Assembly (NCBI RefSeq): GCF_030144855.1
Contig: NC_082720.1
Location: 34,658,001-34,722,000, forward strand
Length of the DNA stretch: 64,000 nucleotides
Direction: 5' to 3'
Origin: Hypanus sabinus
Taxonomy: Eukaryota
Of this stretch, positions 26,020 through 39,745 are shown in pieces. The notes beneath the pieces were generated by a model. The model had not been told where the DNA came from. It was given only the letters and a program-made list of their open reading frames with translations, and did no database searches. Positions within the stretch are counted from its first letter, which is position 1; every line of letters starts with the position of its first letter. The position numbers and the translations under genes were made by a program.

Positions 26020-27290
26020 TCTTGTCTGTTGATGGTCTCTTTACCTCAGCGTACAAGAGAACATGCCTTTCTAAGATGCAGTCCTTCAGCAACTTGTTCC
26101 GGTGTCACAAAACCATTCTCTGACAATCAAGATCTACAATGAGAACCTTACCAACTTGGATCACTTTATGTATATCAGGAACCATGCCTCAGCAAGGTTA
26201 GACAATAATGATGTAATTCACCACTGTCATCAATGTGCACTTCAACTGCCTGAGGAAAAGGACTGTTCAAAGACCAAGACATAGTAAGAAAGTAGTACAA
26301 CACAGAAACAGGTTATTTGGTATGCCTCATCCATGTTGTGGTGCCCAGCAAGCTCATCCCATTTGCTGACACATGGCCCATATCACTCTCAGCTCTTCCT
26401 ATTCATGGATTTGTCCAAATATTCTAAACTTTGTTATTGTCACTTCTCAACCATTTCTTTGTAGAACTCATTCCATTTAAGAATTCATTTAAGACCACAA
26501 GCCTGGCACCAAGATCATAGACCATTGAAATACAGTAATCCGTATCTGGTATGCCTTGGAGTGGTAGGGTCTCCATTTATTTTCTGATCATTATGGTTCT
26601 TGTAGTCAAACATGGCGAGCAGTCTTAATTCAGTTTATGTTTAGAGTGCGAATGAACTTACAAATTTTAAGGAAACTAAATAAAGAGCTAAGAAACAATG
26701 CTCAGAGGGCAATTAATGCTAAGGGGCGTATAGACAAAAGGTGCTTCTGAAATATCTATCAATTTTATAGATAAGAGAAATTCCCTAGATAGAGATTATT
26801 GTAGACAATAACTGGAGAAGTATTACGAACATCACCTCCAAAAAATTGTCCAAGTACACTGGCAGGTTAGGTGAATCAACATTCTCGGTATTGAGGTACT
26901 GATCCAGCTTAGCTAACTCCATTCTATATCCACACCTGATGCCAAATTCCTGAAAAAATACTCTGTGCTGTTCTCTGTCATGGCAAGCAATTTCCAGCAG
27001 GATAGAAGACATTTCAAGGGAGAATTAGAAGCCTCTTCAAAAAACTGTAAAGTCTTGTCTAACTCATGGGCAGGTCTGACCCATTAGTGCATAAATTATC
27101 TGAAAGGCCTGTGGACACTCTGAACCTTTTCAATAGGAACACAAAGGCGGCAAACTGTAGAAGGAGCATTTAACAAATCCCACCTGCTCACCTATGGCAG
27201 CATCTATATGTCCTGTATAGAACTCATTTGTCACCTCAAATTTTGTAGTCCTAAGATAGAAGCATATCACCCTTGACTTGGAGGGTCAGT
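26020..27290 (+). mobile_element. Decayed, interrupted RTE-clade LINE
   Basis: IKIYNENLTNLDHFMYI..VIHHCHQCA motif and an RTE-like 3' end near 27270. Confidence 0.5.
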
Positions 27291-30092
27291 CCAAGAAAAA
27301 ACCATTTTGAAAATGGTGTTGACTTTTGGAAACCATCATTTACTGTGATCCATGCTCCATAGAATAATTGAGACCAAAATCAATTTTTTTGGCTCACCAT
27401 CCTTTTCTTAAATCTTATCTGTGTAAAATACTTGGGAACATTTAATTTACCTTGAGTACAAAGTATAAACACACATTTTTACCAGAATGGCAAATGAAAA
27501 GTGGCAAAGTGCTAAATCTATTGGATCTAATAATTTTTGTATTAAATAAAACAGTCTGAGATTTGGTAATGTAGAAGTAAAAGTATAATTAAAGTCCCAG
27601 TAATCGTCATTGCCTAGTTTGCATAACTTCTCAATATTTGCCTCATAGCTCTGAAGTTGTTTGCATGCACTGGCTTTTTACAGAAAAATGAGTAATATCT
27701 TTTGAAATTTAAGGAACAGAGGACTACAGTAAATGCTGCAATACATATTTCATAATGACTGTTTTTGGCTACAAAGTGAATTTTAGTCAAGTTCAAACAC
27801 GAGATTTCTCTTCATGTACTGCCCTTTCAAGAAGAATGTCATAAATTGCAAAGCTATTTACATATGACCTTGTTATATCTTTAATGTAACGAGAAGGTAT
27901 TTCAGTGGCACTGTTCGTACAGTTATTTTGTGCCTTGGGGTTGGGTGAGCATTTATATGTTGACAGAGTGTTGGGCTGGTTCAGTTTTTTTCTGCAAAGG
28001 AAAGGATAGTGATGTGATGGTTCAGTGTTGAGTGCATTGTCAAAGAAAATAGATTAATTGTCATGTTCGTATAATAAACTCATACAAACTGGTTTCTAGC
28101 AGTCCCAAGTCTTCTCTGCATTATGAGCTCTTTCCCCAAAAGCTGCTGAGTATTTCCAGGAATCCTTGCTTATCACTTCCGAACCATCTAATTTAGTATC
28201 AAGTCAGATACACGCTGTTCAGAAATGAGTCCTTTGTCTTTACTTTCAGGCTCTGATACGACTCATAGGAGATGTCCTGACCACTCATTCACTCTCCTGT
28301 CTCAATCCCCAGGGTACTGTGCTCCAGCCATTTATTTTAATTATTTTTGCATTATTTTTCTCTGCTCTCAGCTAATAGCCCACATCGATCTTCCGCTGCA
28401 CATTCCAAGACATCCAGTCTTGGATTCAAAGACTTCATCTGACTGCCAGATATGGTGAATTGGGCACTAACTTTCTAAGCTATTCTTTTAATTTCAGCGA
28501 CATAATTTTTATTCCAGCTAACTGGTGAGATTCACATCCATTTTAACTTGGTGTGATCTCAACATGTGAATAACTTAAAACTGAGAAAATTTTTATCTGC
28601 AAGTATAGAAAAACCAGATTTCATCCAATCTGCTTTGTGATTTTTCTGACTGCTGGGTAAGGCGAGTACATTGAAGTTAAATGCATAACCCATTTGCCTG
28701 TGGCGACAAGACTGGGAGAAATGCATCTCCTTGCTATGTGGAGAAGAGTGTGGGGAAATTTAATCAGGGTATTCAAAGACAGACATTGTTTCTTGGCAAA
28801 GTGATAGGTGAGCAAAGGACAGAGATTTACACTACATCATGTATTCAATGTGCTGGCATAAGGTACCTGTGTATCAGTTGATCCCTTAGTAGCCTAGTAC
28901 AAGTGCAAAGATGACTTGAGTGGATATAACTTCCCTGCATTGCCGTTAGATATTTTCCCACATGTTTTAATTTTAAAATTATACTAGGGTTGGATGGATG
29001 ATCATGCTTCAGGTTTCTTGATTGAGAGCAGATGTACGTTATTTTTCCACAGAATACACGCTGCCTGTTCTGTGACTCTTACCTGGGTAAATGCTGGGTA
29101 GCAATTTTTATCAGTGCCCACTTCAGTTTTCCCTTAAGATGATAAATTGTGCAGCCTGTTTAAAGTAAACATGTATTAAATTTTGCCAAGCATATGGGAG
29201 TAAGACTTATTGTACAAAAGTGCATTTAAATCAGGTTTACTAGTGTCCCCCCCAAGCTTGCAAGGAATCTCTGTTCCTAAGCAATGTGGAACGAATACAA
29301 AATCTATTGGGGTTTATTATTGGTAAATTGGTGTGCTATTCTCTTTGGTGTCCCTCTAAACAGAAATGAATTTTAGGTACTGAGCACAGTGGAACTTCAA
29401 GTGATTGTTTGCCAGTCCACATGGTCTTGCAGTGCTCAGATGAATGATATCACCTGCTGACTTCATCAGGTTAAAGATCTTACAGTGTGATGAGGGAAAT
29501 CCACAGTGAGAATGTATCAAGTCCCAATTCCATACAGATTAATTTTGGTTTTCTAAATTTTAAGTCTGTCAATTTTTACTGAGTTTTTTTTCCCCTGTGA
29601 TAATGACATATCTTTATTTTTGCTTCATTTTGATATTAAGGTGACACTATTATATGAAATGGTATAAGCAACAACCATTGACTATATATTATCAAAAGAG
29701 GTTTTCCTTTTTTCTGTCACACATCTTTTCTGAATATGTTCTGAACTAGTGAATAAAGGACCATACAACTTGCTTCTGTTTCAGCATTCTGTAGTGGCAG
29801 TAGGAAATGTTATTTGAACAGAGGTAGTTTAAAATTAAGGTACTTCTAATTACTCTCCATTGGCAGTATTACAATCACAAAACATTTTGTTAATTGGAAA
29901 ACTGGCATGCATTATTATTACATTTCAAAAGAATATGCCCAATTTCTTTGTTCCCCGGATCAGAGAATAGTCACTACCACAAATAGAGCAGTTTTGAAGA
30001 AAAGGAGGAGATAACCAAACTCAAGGTTGAATTTTGTGTCTTGAGCATTTTCAGTAAACATTTGATTCTATATCTGATCTTTCTTCTTCACA

Positions 30093-30660
30093 GATTAAAG
30101 TTCAAAGTAAATTTATTACCAAAATATATACATATACATCATCATATACTACCCTGAGATTCATTTTCTTGCAGACCTTCACAGCAAATGAAAAGAAACA
30201 CAATAAAATCGATGAAGAACCACATATAACAAAGTGTAGGAAAACTACCAACGTGCACAAGACAATAAATAGTGCAAATACAAAAAGGGGGGGGGGAGAA
30301 ATAATATTCATAAATAAATAATTAATACATATTAAGAATGTAAGTTAAAGTGTCCTTGAAAATGTGTCCATAGTTTGTGGAATTAGTTCAGTGTTGGGGT
30401 GAATGAAGTTGTTCACTGATGGTTGAGGAGTAATAATTGTCCCTGAACCTGGTAGTGTGGGATTTAAGAATCCTGTGCCTCCTTCTTGATTACAGCAGCA
30501 AGAAGAGAACATAGACTGGATGGTGGGGGTCGTTGATGATGAATGCTGCTGTCCTATAGCAGCACCACGTTTTGGAGGGCTTTACCTGTGATGGAGTGGA
30601 CTGTTTCCACTATATTTTGTAGGGTTTTCTGTTCAAGGATATTGGTATTTCCACACTTGT
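30093..30660 (-). mobile_element. Rex-Babar-like LINE 3' end
   Basis: LQNIVETVHSITGKAL motif and 3' tail (aaagttcaaagtaaatttatt on +). Confidence 0.65.
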
Positions 30661-31109
30661 AACTAATTGATTCATTTTTCACGTTGTCTTTTTCTTGCAT
30701 TTGTTCTGTTGGTCTTGATAGTATTACACTAAATATCTCCACTTATTTGCATTATTAAACTTACAGTGAGAAATTTGAAATTCTGTGGCATTAGTTTCAA
30801 TTCTTACAGCTCAGCAAATTGAATCTTAAGTGGAGTGCTGGATGAGCTAAGCCCTTAAAGAATAAGAACTGGCTTTTCTCTGTTGTTTATCATAATAAAC
30901 TAATAATGATTTGATTTTCTGTGTTATTCATAAATAGTGCTTGTAATCAGAGATTAGTTTTTTTAGTTTGGAAGTTACTGTGTTTGCACAGGGAGACCTA
31001 TTTCATGATACCAGGGGAATACATAATGTCAAGAGAAACAAAAAGCTTTCATTTGCATGATGGATCTTCCAGCAGTTTTAAGTGTCAGAATAACTCCAGG
31101 CTGTATCTA

Positions 31110-31196
31110 ATGAAAAGTCTCAGCCCGAAACGTTGACTGTGCTTCTCCCTATAGATGCTGCTTAGCCTGCTGTGTTCTATCAGCATTTTGTGTGTG
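31110..31196 (+). mobile_element. 87-bp Penelope-like terminal repeat insertion with 12-bp TSD
   Basis: aggctgtatcta duplicated at 31098-31109 and 31197-31208. The insert begins inside the hammerhead core (atgaaaagtctcagcccgaaacgttgac). Confidence 0.85.
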
Positions 31197-31313
31197 AGGC
31201 TGTATCTAGACCTATTTTGTCACCTCGAGTAATAAACTTTTGTTCAATTACTACAATTTCCTATATGTAGTGTTAACCATAAGGCCATATAACGTGCATG
31301 TTAAATATGATTA

Positions 31314-32846
31314 CAGTGCCTATAAAAAGTATTCACCCCCCCCCCCCCCCCCAATGTTTTACAACGTTGAATCACAGTGGTTTTAATTTGGCTTTTTTGA
31401 CACTGATCAACAGAAAAAGACCCTTTCATGTCAAAGTGAAAACAGATCTCTACAAAGTGATCTAAATCAATTGCAAATATAAAACACAAAATGATTGGTT
31501 GCAGAAGTATTCGCCCCTATCAAGTCAGTATGTAGTAGATGCACCTGTGGCAGCAATTACAGCCTTGAGTCTGTGTGAGTTGGTCTCTTATCAGCTTTGC
31601 ACATCTGGACACTGAAATTGTTCCACATTCTTCTTTACAAAATTGCTCATGCTTTGTCAACTTGCATGGGGATCATGAGTGAACAGCCCTTTTCAATTCC
31701 AGCAACAAATTCTCAATTGCATTGAGGTCTGGTCTCTGACTTTGCCACTCCATGACATGAACTTTGTTGTTTTAAGCCTTTCCTGTGTAGCTTTGGGTTT
31801 ATGCTTGGGGTCATTGTCGTGCTGAAAAACTAATCTTCTCCCAAGTTGCGGTTTTCTTGCAGACTGCATCAGGTTTTCCTCCAGGATTTCCTTGTATTTG
31901 CTGCATTCATTTTACCCTCTGCCTTCACACACCTTCCTGGGCCTGCTGCAGTGAAGCATTCCCACAGCATGATGCAGCCACCACCGTGCTTCACGGTAGG
32001 GATGGTGTATGGTGTTTGGTGTTTGGCTTACACCAAACATAGCGTTTAGTCTGATGGCCAAAAAGCTCATTTAGGTTTCATCAGACCATAGAACCTTCTT
32101 TCAGCTGACTTCAGAGTCTCCACACACCTTCTGGCAAACTAACTGAGATTTCATGTGAGTTTTTTTTTTAACAACAATGGCTTTCTCTTTGGCCCTCTCC
32201 CATAAAGCTGTGACCGGTGAAGTACCCGGGAACCAGTTGTTCTATGTGCAGATTCTCCCATCTCAGCCACTGAAGCTTGTAACTCCTCCGGAGTTTTCAT
32301 AGGTCTCTTGGTGGCTTCCCTCACTATTTCCCTTCTTGCATGGTCACTCAGTTTTTGAAGACAGCCTGCTCTAGGCAGATTTACTGCTCTGCCATGTTAT
32401 TTCCATTTCTTGATGATTGACATAACTGTACTCCATGGGATATTCAGTGACTTGAAGTCTTCTTTTATCCATCTCCTGACTTGTGCCAGGATACTGACTC
32501 ACCAGCAGTTGGACCCTTCTGATACAGGAGTATTTATACTACAATCAATTGAAACACCTTGACTGCACACAGGTCCCCAAAACAAATCTCCATTTAATTA
32601 ATTATGTGACTTTTAAAACCAGTTGGCTGCACTGGTGATGATTTGGTGTGTTATAGTAAAGGGAGGGGGTGAATACTTAATGCAATCAATCATTTTGAGT
32701 TTTATATTTGTAATTAATTTAGATCACTTTGTAGAGACGTTCTCACTTTGACACAAAAGAGTCTTTTTTGTTGATCAGTGTTGTAAAACAATAAAACATG
32801 AAAATTTCTGGGGGGAGGGCAGTGTTAACGCTTTTTATAGGTATTG
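31314..32846 (-). mobile_element. Tc1-like DNA transposon, IR/DR type, decayed transposase
   Basis: TA|CAGTGCCTATAAAAAG ... CTTTTTATAGGTATTG|TA. ~200-bp inverted repeats with internal aagtattc(a/g)cccc repeats. The - strand reads [23 protein letters not shown]. Confidence 0.92.
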
Positions 32847-32855
32847 TATATTCTG

Positions 32856-33280
32856 GCCCTTCTCCGTGGATTGTCATCTTGTCGCGGTGGAGAAGCTTGT
32901 GTGGTTCTGAGATCCCGAGGGTGATGCCTCTGGAGCTATGCTCCTGGTAGGGTCACCCATGGCAGTAAGATCGAGGGTGAGGTCCCTGACAAGGAACAAT
33001 CCAACCAAGACCTCAACGGTGGAACAGGTGGAGGTAGTTACTTCAAACTCAATGTCTGTGAAGGCGGATGAAGGCTGCAACAAATCCATCAGCTCCAATC
33101 GTCGTGGTTTCCATGCCATTGGAATCAGTGGGTTGATTTGTGAAATAGTGTGTACTTCTTGGAGTGCAACATTGAGAACATGTTAAACAAATACACGCAC
33201 AGGCGTCTTTGCTCTGTGGGCCACTTCTTCAGAACAAAGACCATCATCCTCGACCTCAAGGGATAGCCACGGTGCCGATG
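32856..33280 (+). mobile_element. Bipartite non-autonomous RTE-clade element (Rex3/BovB-like 5' UTR joined to an RTE 3' end)
   Basis: cttgtcgcggtggagaagcttg and cctggtagggtcacccatggca 5' motifs; 3' end catcatcctcgacctcaagggatagcc; no RT ORF. Confidence 0.7.
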
Positions 33281-35492
33281 ATTCTGCCAATGATTTTAGA
33301 GAACGATTTCTTAAAAACTGGACTAGTTTTAACTTTAATTGTTACAATTATAAATAGAAAATAGTTGCAGCACTCAGTACTGTTTTTTCTCACGTTCTCA
33401 GGAAGCGATGAGTATCTGAATTTTGGGGATGACCTTATGCAGCAGAGGTCTTGCAGGATCAATTGTCCCAAATGTCAGAGCGTATGAATGCTGAACGGTG
33501 TGGTAGGGCAGTCATGGACATAGGGCTGGATTTTGCCAATGGTTCTGAATGAAGCCGCTGGCTTTTAAATGGTAGTATGTTTCTCAGTGTTAGATTTGTT
33601 AACACTGTGCAGTTTTTGCATGTGATCAATTTTAATTGTGCTTCCTTGTTGCATCTCAGTGAAATGCCAAGTTGACATTGCATTGTCCATCTAGCCTTAA
33701 TGTTATGACACTTCATTACAATTGATATTATAAATATATTGATATAATTGATACTTTTACTTACATCACTTCAGGAGCCAAATTAAATTGAATAATTTGG
33801 GATTAAAATCATATTTAACCAGACTTGGTAAGGATATTAGATTTCCTTTCCTAAAGGGCATAAGTGAAGCAGATGGATTTTTTTGAGGAAGTCGTAGTTG
33901 TATATTAACTATTTGTGAATAGTTAATTGCTCTGTGTGACAAAATGTACTGAACTGCCAAATTAGCCTGTATAGTCATGTATAAGTTAATGGACAAGAAA
34001 GTATTTTATCCAACTCCAACATGGTCAAAACATTGAACCATTTGGCATGCAGCCAATGTTTCTTTACCAGCAAGTACAACCTCCAACTGTGGTACCCATT
34101 ATTTTTAAGATGTGTGATTGCAGGGCATAGGGTCAAACACTGGAATTTGGGACAGGGAAGTTCTTTTTTGTGTGGCACACATCAAATGGAGCAAATTACG
34201 TTATAGAGATTAATCTAAATAGTGGAGGTACTAGTTAAATCTTATGGCTCAAATTCTACAAGATTGTGATAAAAATGAATCAGTGGAAGAAAAGTAGGTG
34301 AAATAATTTAGATAGGATAACTGGTTTAGGAAGTAACCCAGTAAAGCACTATTAAAACAGGCCTGATCATAATAGATTATTGAAGGAAGTGGAATTATCT
34401 TATCTAAGGATTTAAATATATTTACTTATTTATTTGTTTGTTTATTTTTTAACATCAATGTTTTGCAACGTGTCTTTCCAAAGAAAGTAAGAGCATCCCA
34501 CAAGATTACCAAAGACTCGCTAGTCTAATTAAAGTCTAATTAAAAATTCTTATTTAAAAATGGATCAAACATAACCAACATAGATTTATATAAAAGATGG
34601 TTATATATTTGACTAATTAACATTCAAGGAAATAAATAATTAGACAAAATGCAGTGAGTAAGATTACCATAGCTTTTCAAACGGTATTTGAAAAATAAGG
34701 GGCTTATTAACCTTGTATTAAGACAAATACAGATTTAAAATTGACTGAAGGGCAGAAATACAAAGGATAGCTACCATCTTATTTTGGAATTAAAACATGA
34801 ATACCATCGACTAAAATGAGCGTGGGGACACAAAGGTTTTCAGATTATTGACAGATTTGGTTCACAAAGCAAATTTTAACATGTGGAATGTGCTGTCTGC
34901 TCAAATGACATCTAACCAATCCCCTTTGAAAAGTTATTTGCTTAGAATATGCAACACAGAAACAGGCAACTCTGTCCAATGGCTAACACTGGCATTTATG
35001 TCCTACTTAAAGCCATTTGTAGCTGTGGGAGAAGCACCGAATAATGGATTTAAATGAATAATTCTTGCAGAGAGCCAGCATAAGGCTGAATATTTTCCCA
35101 GGACATTATTATTTTATCAATTATCAGTACAAAAATAAGAAACATAATAAGACACTTTCAAGCAATTTCATGAGGACATAAGCAAATTGATAATTGAGCA
35201 ATCTTAATGTGGGGAAAATGTGAGGTTACCTGTTGGGAGATGGATATATACTTTTTCTGGCTGGTATTTGTAGCTTGGCAGCAAAACCTGGATTGCATTT
35301 ACGATTTTGATAGGATTGAAGGACACTGATCCGGAGGCAGCTAAAAAGGAAAATTAATTTGGTTTGGTTTAAAATTTTATTTTTTGGTAGTAATTTAGGG
35401 TTTCTTTAAAGTACAAAATATTTTAAATTAAAATATGTACCTCACATAGCTTTTAAATGTGTCTGAAATTTAGAAATACTTATACGTTGTCT

Positions 35493-35615
35493 TAAAGAAG
35501 GGTCTCAGTCCAAAATGTCGACTGTTTATTCATCTCTATAGATGCTGCCTGACCTGCTGAGTTCCTCCAGCATTTTGTGTGTGTTGCTTTGGATTTCCAG
35601 CATCTGCGGACTTTT
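35493..35615 (+). mobile_element. Penelope-like terminal repeat
   Basis: gaagggtctcagtccaaaatgtcgactg..gatgctgcctgacctgctgagttcctccagcattttgtgtgtg. Confidence 0.8.
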
Positions 35616-37022
35616 GCATGCTTATGCACAGTGCGCCACATTATTAGGTACCTCCTGTATCTAATAAAGTGGCCACTGAGTGTATGGCAATGGTCTTCTG
35701 CTACCGTAGCCATTCACTTCAAGGTTCGATGGTCTCAAAGATGAATATTAAGGACATGAATAAGATGCAACCAGTTTACTGAGATAAAACATGGATGAGA
35801 AACCAGAAGAGCTGGACTCTTCACTAGAGAACAGGAAACTAATATTGAACAAAGGGGTTCATACTGAAATTTGCTTTGGAAAGTAATTAGAAACTTGTAT
35901 CACAGGGTAACAAATTGAGACATTATTAGTGCCATTACACAGGAAGAAAGAGAGGTGGGAGTATTTGTTAAGCAGCTTCAAGTACCTTATCAAAAAAATG
36001 ATTGAAGTAAATAATTTTAAAGAAGGATTGGATAATAAGCAAAGGTAAGGCAGAAGTATTGAAGTAAGTGGATAGCCCTTTTAAGGTATTCATTGAAAAA
36101 TAGAAAATTCAGTTATTTTTATCAACAAAGAGCAAGCAAGGCTAATTCCTGAGATTATAACAGGCTGTTTTGTTTTAAGGCATTAGTATGTGTTGGAAGT
36201 CACTGTATAAATGGCTAGAAAGTGCTTTTTCAATGTATAATTTGCCATATTGACACTATAAATCAGAATGATCTCTGAGAATAATATAGTGGTCCTTTTG
36301 TTGTCAAAACCAATTTGCTACTAGTCTATGGGTGGAAAAGCTTTGAATTTATTTGCATATGCAAATAAGGATTGCCTTGAATCCACCCAGTGCCGAGTGC
36401 TGAGATCAGAAGAACCAAGGTTACTGGCAATGCAGACAACCCTAAATTCCAACCCTCTTTCTTTTGCTGCCATCAGTTCAAAGCTCTCCAGGTTCATTCA
36501 ATATAAGCTTCATTATCTGTCCCTTTCCAATCAAGAATAATTGTCACCGGCCAGATTGACGAAGACAACTTTTCAGATTGTGAGTCATGACTGATATCTC
36601 AAAAACAGGATATACAAAAGCTGAGAATGATATAGTGGTAAAGTCCTTTTGCTGTCAAAGTCAATTTGTAACTCATTGTAATTATAGTAAAAGAAATGTA
36701 TTTTTTAAATCTGCTGGGATTCTGTACATAGTACCTTTGGATTATAGTAATTTTCTTCAAGATAACAAGGTTACAATTCTGTGGTATAGTTGTTTATTTT
36801 GAGGATTGATATCTACAGCAAGTCAACAACTCAACTGAAGACTGATCAATTTAACCGTGTCTGCTTCAGAGTCAACTGTAGGACTATCCTTGTGTGCTAA
36901 GAAAGAGATCAGGATTGTGGTTGCTTGGAGTACAGTGAAACTCCATCAATTTGTTGTTGAGTGTCCCATCATTCCCTTTATTATTAGTGTCACTCTCTTA
37001 CATTGGATCTTTTTGTTTGCAG

Positions 37023-37157
37023 GTGGAGATGGAACATCTGCAGACCAGTTTTTTCTGGATCAGTATGTGGCAGTGACCAATTATGACAAACAGGAAAGCA
37101 CTGAGATTAGTCTGTATCAAGGCCAAGTCGTGGAAGTAATAGAGAAAAATGAATCTG
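37023..37157 (+). CDS. SH3PXD2B: SH3PXD2B exon, N-terminal half of SH3 domain 1 ([44 protein letters not shown])
   Basis: ttttgtttgcag acceptor and G|gtaagt donor; 135 nt, phase 1/1. Resembles Tks4 [46 protein letters not shown]. Confidence 0.96.
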
Positions 37158-37414
37158 GTAAGTTAATTCTGGAAATATGAACAATTTTGCTGTCTAATAC
37201 AAAAAAATTAGGAGTTGTTCAACATTTCCACTCAAATCTCTTTCATCACTCTAGTAAGCGGCCAATTTCAGAAAATGCGGTTTGCTTTAATTCTATAACA
37301 ATTAATGTAATCTCCACTGTATGCTTTCTGTTTACTTTAGCTATTATTTGGTAAGTATACATTCACAGATTCCTGTGATTTGCATATTCAATTACAGAAA
37401 TCCACTTCCAAACA

Positions 37415-39745
37415 TATAGAACACAGTACGGTCCTTCTAACCATGATGCTGTAACAACCTTTTAACTTACTCAAGATCGATCTACTCCTTCACCCTTAAT
37501 AACCCTCCGTTTTTCTAGCATCCATGTGCCTATCTAAGTGCTTCTTAAATGGCCCCGATTTACCATCATTCCTGGGTGTGTTCCACTGTGTAAAGAATTA
37601 CCTCTGGCATCACTCCTCTACTTTCCTTCAATCAACTTAAACTTTATGCTGGCTTGTGTTAGCCGTTTTTGCCCTGGAAAAAATCCTCTGGCTATCTACT
37701 CTTTCTTTGCCTCATTATCTTGCACACCTCTATCAAGTCACCTCTCATCTTCCTTTGCTCCAAAGAGAAAAGCCTTATCTCACTCAGCTTATCTTCAAAG
37801 TACAAAGTTCAATGTACACTTAATATCAAAGTATGTATACATCACCGTATACTACCCTGAGATGCATTTTCTTGCGTGCATTCTGAGTAGACCCAAGAAA
37901 TACAATAGAATCAATGAAAAACTACACACAAGGATCGACAAACAGCCAGTGTACAAAAGGAATCAAACTGTGCAAATACAAAAATAATAATAATAACAAT
38001 AAGTTAGTAAATAAATAATACAGAAAACAGGAGTTGTAGGGTCCTGGAAAGTGAGTTTGTGGGTTGTGGAATCAATTTACTGTTGAGGTGATTCAGGAAA
38101 GTGATGGTTGAAGGGTAATAACTATTCCCGAATCTGGTAGTTTTGGAGATGAGGCTCATATACCTTCTTCCGGATGGCAGCAGCAAGAAGAGAGCATGGC
38201 TTGGAAGGTGGGTGTCCTTGATGATGGATGCTGCTTTCTTGTGGCAACACTCCTTGTGAATGTTCTCAGTGGTGGGAAGGGCTTTTCCTGTGCTGGACTG
38301 GGCTTTTTGCACCACTTTTTGCAGCTTTTTTTATTCTTCAGCACTGGTATTTTCATATCAGACCATTATGCAATCAGTCAGGATACTCTTCACTGTGCAG
38401 TTAGACAAGTTTGTCAGAGTTTTAAATGACATGCTGCATCTGTGCAAACTCCTAAGAAAGTGGAGGTGCTGCAGTGCCCCTTTGAAATGGCACTTGCGTG
38501 CTGGCCCCAGGACAGATTCCCTGATATGATAACAACAAGGAGTTTAAAACTACTGGCCCGCTCCACTTCCAATCCCCTACTGAGGACTGACTCCTGGATC
38601 CCTGCTTTCTCCTCTCTGTAATCAATAATCAGCTTTTTGGTTTTGCTGGTGTTGAGTGAGAGGTTGCTGTTGTGGCACCATTGAACTCAATTCTCAATCT
38701 CCCTTCTATATTCTGATTTGACAACACCTTTGATTCAGCCAACAACAGAGGGGTTGTCAGCAAACTTAAATATGGCATTGGAGCTGCACTTAGCCTCATA
38801 GCAGATGAAGGCAAGGCAGTAGATGTTGTCTATATGGACTTTAGCAAGGCCATAGACAAGATCCCACAATGGGAGGTTGGTCGAGAAGGTTCATTTGCTT
38901 GGTTTTTAAGGTGAGGTAGTAAATTGGATTAGACATTGGCTTTGTGGGAGAAGTCAAAGAGTGATGTGGTCTGGACCGGCTGGAAAAAGGAGCTGAAAAA
39001 TGGCAGATTGAATTTACTGCAGGCAAGTGTGGATTTTGGCACTTTGGAGTACACACCAGGATAGGGCTTGCATGCTGAGCAGTAGGTCGTTGAGTGCAGT
39101 AGAACAGAAAGATCCGGGAATACAGATCCATAGTTCCTTGAAAGTAGTGTCGCAGGTTGATAGGTTGATAGGGTCATAAAAATGCTTTTGACACATTGAC
39201 CTTCATAAACGGTATTGAGTACAGGAGTTAGGATGTTATGTTGTAGTTGTTTAAGATGTTGGTGAGGCTAAATTTGGGTCACGGTGTCAGCTTGGGTCAC
39301 CTACCTACAGGAAAGAGATCAATAAGTTGAAAGAGTGCAGAGAAAATTCAAACAGATGTTGCCAGGACTTAAGGACCTGAGTTATAGAGAAAGGTTGAAT
39401 GTGTTAGGAATTTATTCCCTGGAATGTAGAAGAAAGAGGGGATATTTTGACAGAGATATACGAAGTGATGAGGGGTATACTGTAGTCAGGGTAAATGCAA
39501 GCAGGATTTTTCCACTGAGGTTGGCTAAGACGAGAACTAGAGGTCATGGGTTAAGCAATCTCTTCTCTCGCTTCTCACAGTTACCTAAAGTATATCCCAT
39601 TTGGCCCCAGGGCTTATCTATCCTCATGTTTTTCAAGATTTCTAGCACATCCTCCTTTGTAACAGCAACATGTTCAAACATATCAGCGTACTTTATGCTG
39701 TCCCCCCCCAATCATCAAAGTCCCACATTCCCATTGTTTTCCTGA
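37415..39745. mobile_element. Nested LINE cluster: CR1(-), Rex-Babar-like(-) 37796-38805, CR1(+) 38800-39555, CR1(-)
   Basis: ORF 38004-38315 (AASIIKDTHLPSHALFLLLPSGRRY) and ORF 39335-39745 (VQRKFKQMLPGLKDLSYRERL). Confidence 0.75.

Noticed and set aside
36280-36675. Two similar ~45-bp segments about 350 bp apart
   Set aside because: Short and diverged with no further copies; probably an old local duplication.
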